Of a DNA stretch of 55,774 nucleotides, positions 14,009-24,951 are shown piece by piece. Positions within the stretch are counted from its first letter, which is position 1, and each line of letters opens with the position of its first letter. Source of the stretch: Bigelowiella natans CCMP2755 (taxonomy: Eukaryota > Protista > Cercozoa); the NCBI GenBank assembly GCA_000320545.1, contig ADNK01002494.1:1-55774 (forward strand), read 5' to 3'. The notes beneath the pieces were generated by a model that was not told where the DNA came from, did no database searches, and saw only the letters and a list, made by a program, of their open reading frames with translations. The translations under genes were made by a program, and so were the position numbers.

Positions 14009-14516
14009 CACTGCCACTGCCACTGCCACTGCCACTGCCACTGCCACTGCTGCTGCAACAACCTCCGCGGGAATGTTACACCGATACAATGGTCTCATGC
14101 AGGGAGTGGTTTCAACGACGACTCCTCGAGCCACCGTTGCTCGTCCTCCTCCCCCCCCCTCCTCTACAACTACTGCGCCATTATCATTCCTGTATGCAAA
14201 TGGTGCTGCGGTTTCTCTCAACAGCACGCGGCCATTCTCTTCCCGATCAGCAAACCTACCCTCATCCTCGCACCAGAGGCGTCAGCGTCCAAATGGTGGA
14301 GGGAATGGACAAAATCAGCAGGGACTCTCTGCTAGCACCGCTGCCTCCTCCCTTGCAGTAGGCCGTGACAAGAGGGAACCTGCTGTAAATCTCTGCGAAT
14401 GGGTATTGACCAATAACTCCCCCCCCCCTAGGGATCTTGACCCGTTACTGCCGGCAGTCATGGAAGGCTTTCCTGCCGGTTCAGGGCAGCATCAGCAGAA
14501 CCTCCCTAGTGCGTGA
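9701..14516 (+). CDS. HMG-box DNA-binding protein with long low-complexity (Q/P/S/T/A-rich) regions
   Basis: The spliced box TPRRFKTAFNFFQLQ...LCR / LVGKQWREMGADEKAPFLKMADEDK / DRYKREVAE matches the HMG-box consensus. Long exons at 10739-11783 and about 12910-14516 are assumed to belong to the same gene. Confidence 0.8.
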
Positions 14517-14749
14517 GTCAGATTGATAATCGGCTAATTCTATTGTGAATGGGGGGCATATGCGAACTATAGGGCATAGATGCTCCGCCACCCATTACTT
14601 TCTTCACGTCATAAATGTGATGTTGTTATTTCAGTATTCTTACAAATATTTCAAGCGTTTTGTTGTTGCTTCGTCTTGCTTGGTTGGGAAAATGAAAGGA
14701 AATTCAATTTTGTACTATTTTTTTGTAATATACCAATGAGGGCATGTAC

Positions 14750-16190
14750 ATGTCTAGATGTCGCCTAGGTCTACAGGCTAGCAGGCCGATCACACGCTCG
14801 TGTTGCGATACTCATAGCGTGATATGTAGACTACGTAGTGTCAGTAGGAACACATGCACATGGCAGAAGTCTATCAGCCTGGCAGTCGATCATGTGCCGA
14901 TGAAATGTCATTGACAAGCGTGTGCGACAGCGATCGAACAATGTGCAAGAATGCCACATCGTGTTCGTTCACGAAGGGCGCATGTCTAGCAGCAGCTAGA
15001 TGTGCACATTGCATTGCGCACGTCGTGGTGGTCATCGCAGATGGCTAGATGAGGTCACAACATGCAATGTCCATCCGCATTTATCCATGTACATCTAGTC
15101 ATCTGCGGTGGCGATGATGGCGTCATGCGGTGCATGCTGGCGCATGCATCACATGGTCATGCATGCGCACATCTGTCCATGCACATGCCAGCATGCTAGC
15201 ATGTTTGCCGCGCTGCTGCTAGACTGTGCTAGCATGGATCGCCCACAAATGGACAAGTGCAAAACAAGTGCATGCGTGCAGGCATGTGCTTGCACGCGAC
15301 TTCTGGACTTGCATGTTTGCATTGTCTAGCAGTGTCAGCGTTGCCATCCCCTAGATCCCACAACAGATGTGCATGCCAGTCATGGCTTGCATGATGGTGG
15401 CAGTCTAGCAGTGCGTGTTTAGTTTTTGAGCGTCAAAGACACAGACATGCTAGCTAGCATGCATGCGCATGGGTCCATGATCAACTTGTGATTGCACCAA
15501 ATGCGTGTTGCATCATTGCAATGATTGCCACCCGAAAGACGTTCGGGGAGGAGTGCTCGCAATTGATGGATGTGCATGTGTGAAGAACCACGTGAGGAGA
15601 AAAAGAAGAAGAAGAAAAAAGAAGAAGAAGAAAATGTGTGCGGATGAAACCAAATGGAATCGCATCATGGAGTTCACTAACTGCCAAAGAAGTGTTCGAA
15701 TGAATGAATCAGAAGGAAGTTGTTGCAATGATGCACTCTGAAAGGATCATCAATGATGCAACAATGAAACAATGAAACAATGATGAAAAACTGCATTTCC
15801 AAAGTGTTGCAAGACACTTGCAGCGTGCAAAATGCAGTGCCTCGAACTGGTTTCAGTGAGGACTGTGACTAGCAAATCAACTAGCTGGTTTGCCAAAATG
15901 GCATGACTTGGTCATTGAGAAGCAATGACATTGGCAGCAAAATTCTGACGGCGCAAGACCTCCACTCTGAGCAAAAACTTCCTGAAGGCCATGTCCACAT
16001 GACGATCTACGATTGGATCATCTGAGGGGGCCCCCAGCAGAATTTTGGTTTTGGAGGAGTCTGGAGCGTCAAAGAATGAAGAGTGGAGGGAAGAAGCTGA
16101 ACCCAGAGCTGATCTCATGTGCGAGAGAAGCTTGCATCTCTCTGCATTCAAGTGAGTGCAATGATGGATCATCTGAAGTGCCATCACCAC
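14750..16190. other. TpA-depleted, CTAG-retaining tract
   Basis: Manual count for 15121-16180: 13 TA, 10 in CTAG and the other three in half-sites TTAG, CTAA and CTAC. Roughly 60-70 would be expected from base composition. Confidence 0.9.
15766..15929 (-). repeat. Copy 2 of the ~170-bp repeat (inverted relative to 7941-8112)
   Basis: Direct comparison with 7941-8112. Confidence 0.9.
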
Positions 16191-16370
16191 CTCTTAACAA
16201 AATGGATTCATTTTTTGCCTTTGCGACTTAAAAAATATGCAGAAAATGACTAAAAAATGACTGCATTTTCGTTGATCGGTGTAGGTTGTTTCCCGAGATC
16301 TGATCTGCTCGCAGGAGGAGTGCAAACAAGCATCGGAAGGAGGAGGAGGAACAGGCGGAGCGTCGCTTGG

Positions 16371-17509
16371 ATGGGAGGCGGGGCAAGCCGGGGGCCGAAG
16401 CCTGATGCCTCACTAGTGCTTGAAGTCCAGAATCTAGTCAATGAACACCCTCATGTTAGTACCTCCTAGTGCAAAGTAGGGATGGATAATGACGTGTCCT
16501 GGTGTGATGGTGGTGCTCTCGCAGGCAAAGCTCGGCGCCGAAGATGGAGAAGGCAAGAAGCACGTCGTCGCTGAGGAAGACATTAATGAGCTTTATAAGG
16601 TATTCTATCGAAATCAAATGTGCTTGCGTTCTTCCTCCTCCATTTCCCCGCAACAAACAGCGTTTCGTCGACTTGGATTCCGATCAGGACGGTTTCATCT
16701 CCGCCTTCGAATTTCTCGCGGTGAGGACCAAACAATGACCGTCAATTTGGGAATGTCTAACGAGGTTTATCCTTTTGATGTTATAGACTCCGGAGTTGAT
16801 GGGGAATCCCTTGGCCTTTCGAATCGCAGCACTTACGCATGACAATGGGTAGTTGGAGAACCAGAAGAAGAAGAAAGAAGAAGAAGGGGCGGTTGAGGAG
16901 GAAGACAAGCAAAACGAATCAATACTAAATATGTATATGCACATGAACAGTGGCGGCAAGTTGAATGGAGAGGAGAAGGAAGCCAAAGCTGGGGAGAAAG
17001 GCCAGGAGCAGGATCGCGTCGATTTCCCTCGATTTGCAAGCGTTACGTAACATTAGTAATTAGGCGAAAGGAGTCTGTGAGTGTTTCTCTGGAAACAAAG
17101 AAGAAATGAAGGATGGGCTGTGTGAGACAGATATACAGTGCAATACCTCCCAGTTTCTATTTTCATCCTCAAATGCTAATCATTTGCCTAAAAGTTTGTA
17201 TTCGATACATCTGTGGCCAATGTTTGATTTTGTCGCAAACCAACCTGTTAGAACTTGCGGATATTCCTAGAATCCACTCCAGAACAAGAGCGGGCAAAAT
17301 GTAAGTAGTTGTGTTGTTTTCCATTCTCCCTACTACTACTACTACTACTACTACTGCTACTACTACTAGATTTGGTGATGGATCTCCTACAATAAATAAT
17401 ACAGACCTTTTCCGGCTTTTTGACCTTGATAAGGATGAGGCAGTCGGGTACAAAAGATAGACAATAATGTGGCTATATTCATGCATTCGTTACCCACAAA
17501 TAATGTTTA

Positions 17510-17552
<43 letters not shown>

Positions 17553-18303
17553 TTTATATCATCATCATCATCATAAAAATAATAACTATGATATGATTTT
17601 CATATGTATCGCTTTTTCTGCCATGGACGTGATAAAAAAAAAATAGGAGAGACGATCTTCACAAGATGCTAAGATATTTAGACAACTATGACATTTGTAA
17701 TGGGGATGACGGCAACGGGCACCCCCGATCGGTACAGCAGCAAGAACAGGAGGGACAGATGGTTGGTAGGGGTGGGGTCAACGAGTTTTATGTTATCGAG
17801 CGGATGAGACACTAAAGGAAGAACAAATGAGTTCGTTGAGCATAATTTCAAACATACATAAATTGCATAATTGCAGCACGTTGCAGACCTAGCAGTAATG
17901 CTACTACAAACATACGATAAGGTCGCCTGCGTAGTTTTTGCTTTCATAATTGTAGGGGAAGGGAGGTATTGTAGAGGCGGAGGGAGCACTAGTTAGTAGG
18001 AAGAGAAAGAGAACGAATTTTATGATTATTATACAGATGCAAAGTGAAAAAGTGTGGCAACAACTAGAATTCGATGAGCAGAGAGGCTCGAGAGTAGTGA
18101 AACCGACTCATCCATCTTCTTTGTTAGGATCGAGACGGAAAGCTCAATTTCACCGAATTTTCTAAAGTATAATCCACAAAATTGATTGTATTTTAGTAGT
18201 AATGGTGGTAGTGGTAGTGTTAGTGATCATGCACGCACACGGACATAAGTACATATGCACACTACACGCACCAAGGTTGCAGGATAGAGTAGTCCATCGA
18301 TGA
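16371..18303 (+). CDS. Calcineurin B / CHP-like myristoylated EF-hand protein (3' end approximate)
   Basis: MGGGAS N-myristoylation motif. Spliced EEDINELYK/RFVDLDSDQDGFISAFEFLA/TPELMGNPLAFRI, DRVDFPRF, LFRLFDLDKDEAVG and QTYDK/DRDGKLNFTEFSK parallel calcineurin B (RFKKLD..PEL..NPL..R). Confidence 0.8.
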
Positions 18304-18519
18304 TCATGCACATATATGTCCCTTATATTTCGCCCAAGGTGTATGTTGTGTTATGATGCATGCGGTAAATTTGGATTTGGGAAGTACATGACACGGCGTC
18401 CAGCTGACCATTTCTCATAAATGTAAAGGCTGCCAGGGATCTCAGATGGTTGCGATGGCTGAAAATGTACAATGATGATGATGATTCTGATGATGATGGG
18501 AGTGGCACAATTTAATAAG

Positions 18520-19913
18520 CTCTGCTAGTCTAGCTACATGCGTGATGGCATAGCATTTAATTTGTTGTGACCTTTTTAATGAGAACGATACAATGCCCAC
18601 AACGTGCAGCACAAATGCAGTAAAAAATGGGGCAATGTTGTGCTGGCACTACTCATAACACTCGCGTTGTAGACTACACGTGCTAGCATGCACCGCAACA
18701 TAAGAGATGGATGTGATGAACACGTCATTATTTTTTTCAGTTGTCATCCTAATGTAGCTTTGCAAAGCTGCGGCTACAGCATTGAATTTGTGTTTGTTTG
18801 TCTCCGCTGTTGTGTGCATCATGCATGTGAATGCATTGCAACGTGCTAGCATAGCGTGTCCATCCCAAGTCACATGCTGCGAGCACAGTGGCTCATGAGC
18901 CGATGAGCTTGCTTGTGAACAGAATACAGTCTGATGACACGGTGCAAAAACTAGGTAGCGCTCATCAGTCTGTTGCGTTTGTGCAGCCGTTGAGCTGCAA
19001 TCACATTTGCTAATTGGCACAGTTCTAGAGGCTAGATGCCCGTGTGCGTGTCACATGCGTCGTGCTCGAGGTCACACACAAAGCGCTCATCTCCTAGATC
19101 TGGTCAGCAGTCGCTGTTATTTTTTGTTTGCATTGCTCTTGAGCCACGTCTTCGATGCACTTGCGCTGCAAATGATGCTCGCTCATGCAATCACTAGATC
19201 ACCCCGCATGGCAGGTCAAAACGTTCAATATCAACGACCATGCACAAAATTGGCCCCGCATCAGTAGATCACTTGCATCGCATCTGCGATCAAAAGTGCA
19301 TCTCCACAGCTAGCTATCGAACTCATTCAGTTTGTTCATCACTTGAATGGGAGGGCACATTGTAACGGCAGAATGTATGTTCTTCGGAGTCAACGCACCA
19401 CTAGGTCCAGAGAAAAGGTACAGAGAAAGCACAAAAGTCCAACCTCCAAAGGCCATGTCACCTACCTCTCCGTCGCGTTTGCATCCAGTTCTGCTACCTT
19501 TTTTTTTTGGCCGCAATGGGACGGGCTGTGGACGAAAGTTAAGAAAGGAGGAGGGGTCACACGCAGAGGAGAATGCAACAAATGCTCAGAATGATTCCAA
19601 AGAATTGTATGTGTCAAGCGAGGAAAAGCTGCACATCTCGCGAATAGATCAAATGGAACAAAACAACTCAAGGCATTTCAAGTCACACAAGAAACATGGC
19701 AGCATGGCCAGATATCATTCACTGATCTAGTTTTTGACGATCATCATCGTACAACACCTTTTGTGCTGCTGCCATTTGCCACCTTTTTCTTGCCGTTTTT
19801 CACTCGACTCAAGGAGCCAGCTGCAAACGCTCGGAGCAACAATCTGCGAAGCATCCACCAAAAAACATGCCTTTGCATCACTGCACCCATCAATCACGGG
19901 CACAATGTGTGTA

Positions 19914-19953
<40 letters not shown>

Positions 19954-19990
19954 ACGTGCAACATGCAAATTGTCACACACCGTTGACCCC
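18520..19990. other. TpA-depleted, CTAG-enriched tract between convergent genes
   Basis: Remaining TAs are mostly in CTAG or CTA/TAG half-sites. TGCA and CATG are abundant. Confidence 0.75.
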
Positions 19991-21578
19991 CTCGTAGCGA
20001 AATTGCTGGCTTTATCCTGGCGTTCTTAGTCTTTTTCTTTCTCTTCTCCTCCTCCTCCTCTCGAGCCCTTCTTGTGGCCAGCTCTTCTGCCTTCTTCTTG
20101 GCCGCACTCTTCTCCCCCCCTAATCCGTACTGCTTGTTCAAACGTCTGGACAAATGAGGAGAGGAGGTAGGTAAATGATTCGGATGTCTAAACGACAGGA
20201 GATGTCATCAGCCATCATATTTAGGACCAGCACCACCTTTGCAGCACAGTCCCTGGACATCCGAAAAGAGCTTTCGCGTACCGAGATCGAGCAGGAGGCA
20301 ACTGAGCTATTATGTCTGCAACAGTATTGGAAGATGAATTCTCCGAAGCTTTTCCTTCGTTATCCTCCCCTTCATCGCCATTTCCACCAGCGCTACTGTT
20401 GCCTTTTAGGAATGAAGGCAGAACCACGTAACAACGACGACGACGACAACAATGATGATGATTATGTGATGATGATGCCACGAATAAAAATGTTGACGAT
20501 GTAGTAAGCAGCAGTATGTATTGTGGCCATGTGTGGTTTCGACACGATAAATGCCAAATAACGGAATAACAAATCATCACCACCGCAGGCAGCAGCACTA
20601 CTACACCTGGCTGCTGCTGTTGCTGTTGCTCAAGAAACATCCGTAGAAGTGCTGCAATGCCGCTGCGGCGGGGTGCCGCTGCTACTTCTGCTTGGGCCGC
20701 CTGCTTCTTACGATCCATTTCCTGAAAACAGCAACATCGGTATGAGTACAGCTCTACAGTAGAACAAAGAGGGGAGGGGGGGGGGGGGCACTGCAAAGCA
20801 CCCCGGAAAGGATGTAAAACATTGCAAATGTCCTGCCTTGTTCCTGTTAACCTTCGCCCGAATTCCGCTACTATTTCTTCTTCTTCTTTGTCTTCTTCTT
20901 CTTGCACTACCTACCTCAAGTTCCTCGATGACCCTTTTGTTGTGACGCATGGTGCCCTTCACAAGTCTCATCAGGAAGCTGCTGTCCGGTCGTGCCCGTG
21001 TAAGCTCCGTCGCGATTTTCTTCGCGGCGGCCTTAACTTTCTTCGTGACCGCCTGGAGGAGGAGGAGGAGGAGGAGGAGGAGGAGGAGGAGATAAAGGCA
21101 ATGAACTATTTTTTCAGTTACGCGAGACAAAACTTCACTAGGTTTCTTCATTCGTAACTAAGCGTCACCGCGACAGACTGCCGAACTTCATTTCCTACAT
21201 CATTCGTTTCTCTTTCCCGCTGATATTCTATATTCCTTCCATCCCACCTCTTCGTCCTCCTCCAGTGTGTCCTCCATTACTGCCTAATTGAGTGTTATAA
21301 GGTACGTTGGATCGGGTCGGTCACAGCTAGCGACACAGAGATGTGTGGGGGGGGAAATCTAAAGATAAATTATGGCTGACAGAGCGGCCCGAAAGTCTTG
21401 CTTCCTTGTCAGAAACATCGCCATCAACATTATCTAGATTATCATGATCATGATCATACTGGAAGGAACAGTGCCTACTACTACTTACTACCATAGCTTT
21501 GTCGACACTGCCTTGGGCCTCGGCAACATAGCTAAAGTACCCCATCTTCTTTTGGTGCGCAGGCCTGAAACTGATAGA

Positions 21579-21617
<39 letters not shown>

Positions 21618-21953
21618 GGCAGAAGCAACGGCAACGAGAAACATCAGAGAAAAGGAGAGGGACACAGCGACATATCGCTAGTATGTCAACAGCAATGGTC
21701 TATCCTCTCGCGTCTCTGTTACGACTTTTGACGGCTGCTGCATGGTGTGATGATGTGAGGATGAACAGGCACGTGAACACACCCATATTCAGCCTCCAAA
21801 CGTTTTCGCATTACTACAGTGCCTCCGTTGACCTTAGGTGAGACGTGTATTGTCGTACACGAGAAAGGGGAGGGCATTGGATCAATCAATTGTTGCTGCT
21901 GCTACCACTACTGCTGACTACTACTGCTGGCTAAGCACGCACATGCACACACG

Positions 21954-21998
<45 letters not shown>

Positions 21999-22588
21999 CA
22001 TCATCATCATCATCATCATCATCTGTTAAATTACTACATTGTTAGTTTATTTTTTTGTCATTAGAACCCGAAACTGTGATTTACAATGAAATTCTGTTCT
22101 GTTTTATTTGTCATGTGCACACCGACCCCTTCCATCAGAGGTTGAAACGAAGTGCACGTTTTGGCAACAACTTTTCTCTTTTGAGGGGACTTGGATCGAG
22201 GCTTTGGTTGTTTTTGTTCTTGTGATGATGACGATGCAGGATCATTTTGATCTTTTTTTTCCTGTGCCTTCATCACATCCGCCTTCTCAGGAGATAGCTG
22301 AGACATCAATCACCAGTCATCATCATCATCTTCACCTAACAACCAAATCACCGAGGAGAGGAGGAGAGCTACCTTCGCTATTCCCGCGGTGTCGTTTGCA
22401 TTTGCAGAAGTGGACAAGATAGAGCGAATCAGGGACAGAGGCTTCGTCGTCGTCCTCTGGCGCTTGCGCTGGGAGGATTGCGTAATCTCTACCTCAGTAT
22501 TTCCCTCGTTGCGCCTTTTCTTTGTTGCCCCTGCCCCCTCACCCTTGCCATATTCCCTCTCCAATCGCTTTCGGAGAGCAAGAGACAT
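19890..22588 (-). CDS. Multi-exon hypothetical protein, K/R/E-rich, probably nuclear
   Basis: MSLALRKRLEREYGKGEG... start. Exons include AVTKKVKAAAKKIATELTRARPDSSFLMRLVKGTMRHNKRVIEELE and SRRLNKQYGLGGEKSAAKKKAEEL. 3' end uncertain. Confidence 0.5.
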
Positions 22589-23028
22589 CGCCGTCGTGTT
22601 CTGCCCTGTTTCCTTGCAGGGCTTTTACACCGAAAACGTTTGATTCTCTATGTCGTTTATTGCCGTTTCCAGCCCATATTTAAAACAACGACTTGGGTTT
22701 CCATCGTAGGCAAGATGTCTCGGGGAAATATGTATTGCGTCACAAGATACTTCTTGTCGTAGTATCGGAAACCCCCACTTCCCACACGATACGAAGGGTT
22801 TCAAATTTCGAAGGAATTTTCAAGGTACATCCACGTCAGCGGAGTGTGGGGGGGGGGGGGGGCGATGGGGAGCGAAGGGAGGATGGGGATCGAATGATGC
22901 ACACAAATACTACAGCAAAACAAAAGCACAAGCAAAAGCACGGACATATAAACACGCACACAAAAGCACGGATGTACACTGCACATGCGACATGTGCGGC
23001 ATGCTCAATACTTACATTAGAGTAAACG

Positions 23029-24281
23029 ATGCATTACACTGGGCCTTCGTTCAATCTGAAGACGATCTTGAAGACCGCCAAGGTCTCGGATCACACGCAA
23101 AAGCATCTCACGGTAATATCTCGAGCAGCTCACACCAACCCAAAATTTGAAGACTAAATCTGTACCAACTATGAATATGATCTATAGAAAGTGTACTCAC
23201 TGCTCATGGCGACTGTGGTAGCGGCCTTCATTGGGGCGTGGATTTGCATGAATATGGTGACATTATCGCCCAATTTCTGCACAATCGGGTCGGTGGCAGG
23301 CCTCATCATCATCATGGCAATGGGTTGTACGCAAAAGCGGAACACAAGACTTCGCGTGTCACTGATGATTCTCTTCGGTTTTACGGAGGGTATATGTCTA
23401 TCGCCACTGCTCAAGGTATTATTGACATCTCTACACTTTGTCGCTGTTGCCTCTATCACCTCACCTATAAAGATTCTCAACAACTTACTCAAAATGGCAG
23501 ATGGCGAATGTCGTAGATGAAAGAATTATTGCAACAGGTAGTAGCTGGCACACTCCTACTTTGCCCTGAGGATTATACCAATTTATGCATTTGCACTCAT
23601 TAATTGATGTTCCTCAATTCAGCATTCTTGGGCACAGCAACCATCTTCCTCTGCTTCTCGATGGCGGCGCTCACATCGAAGCGACGATCATTCCTCTACC
23701 TAGGAGGCATCCTAGGCTCTACTCTCATGCTGTTATTTTTCAGCAGCCTCCTCAACATCTTCTTTAACTCGACGTTCCTCTTCAGCATTGAGCTGTATGT
23801 GGGCCTTGCAATGTTTATGGGTTACGTGCTCTTTGACACCCAGGTGTGTAGAGAGAAGGAGGAAGGCGGGCGGGGGGATAATAAGGAATATAGTTGACAT
23901 TTATTGGTAATACTGTACAGTCGATGTGTGATGATTATGATGGTATTTGGTGCAATTTTTGCGTGTGTGTGTGTGTGTGTGTGTGTGTTTGCAACTACCG
24001 CAGGTCATTATTGAAGCCGCGGAAAAAGGAAACGACGATTTCTCCTGGGATGCAATGAAGCTATTCATCGATCTCGTCGGAATATTCGTTCGAATACTCA
24101 TCATCCTGGTAGAAATATATGAAGTGGTAGAACATGCAAAAGAAGCACGATAAAATACTTTTTGTAATTATAACAGTTTTCACTGCTAAATATTTGCTTC
24201 AAAATTTACGAAATCGCACAGATAAAGCTGAACTCGAAGAAAGGCAAAAGCTCCTCAAGTCCTCTCGATGCCATTGTATAA
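23029..24281 (+). CDS. TMBIM6: Bax inhibitor-1 (TMBIM6 family)
   Basis: Full spliced model: MHYTGPSFNLKTILK..TQKHLT/KVYSLLMATVV...GICLSPLLK/MANVVDERIIAT/AFLGTATIFLCFSMAALTSKRRSFLYLGG...YVLFDTQ/VIIEAAEKGNDDF..AMKLFIDLVGIFVRILIIL/IKLNSKKGK...*. Confidence 0.95.
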
Positions 24282-24951
24282 AATACGCATAAATCGTCAG
24301 TTTCTAAATTATATTCGATGCTTGCAGGCAACAAAAATGGAAAACATCACAGCTAATCATGGTTATAAAAGATGATCTACGTAATTCATAAGCGTTCTTC
24401 CAAAGTCCAATGAAGGATAATATGTTGTACAGTCTAGCAGTTCAAGTTATTACATAAAAGCTAAAAATATCTAGATATGTGCACATTGTGGTATGTGTTT
24501 CATGTGTTTATCAACATTGTCGTTTGAAATCTAAGCTCGCCGCTCTAGCGCCGCAGGCAACTCTAGAACTGGGCAATGTCACATGAAACATGTAGAACAT
24601 ACCTGCAGCATGCTAGCATGCTCCATGATGTACCTGGCTAGCTGGCATAGCATGTCAGCATCTCCACCATGCATGAAATTCTGTCGTGAGTCATCATTGC
24701 ATCTCACTAGCTAGCTAGCTCATCTAGACATGACGCCATATGACTAGATGTGTGAAAAATAACGCGCGTACTAAGCGTAGCTGTGAGGCTGTGTACATTC
24801 CTAGATTCATTGCTGTAGCAACAGTGTCTGCATGCAGGTTGTGAGACGTCATCTGAGCTGCCATTTTCTCTATAGGCCATGACTGACAGAATTGGAAATC
24901 ATTGCTTTTAACCTTACGAGTTGCGCATGTGTCGCTAACCAATAATGCACC

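Noticed and set aside
15061-15500. CpG-methylation decay as the cause of the TG/CA excess
   Set aside because: CpG persists in the tracts (CACGTG, GCGC, TCGA). The missing dinucleotide is TA, so 5mC decay alone cannot explain the pattern.
14854-16231. Many overlapping Cys/His/Met/Ala-rich ORFs in TpA-depleted tracts (also at 8003-8749, 18649-19730, 34948-35544 and 41340-42126)
   Set aside because: Loss of TA removes most TAA/TAG stops on both strands, so spurious ORFs open in several frames. None shows a recognisable domain.
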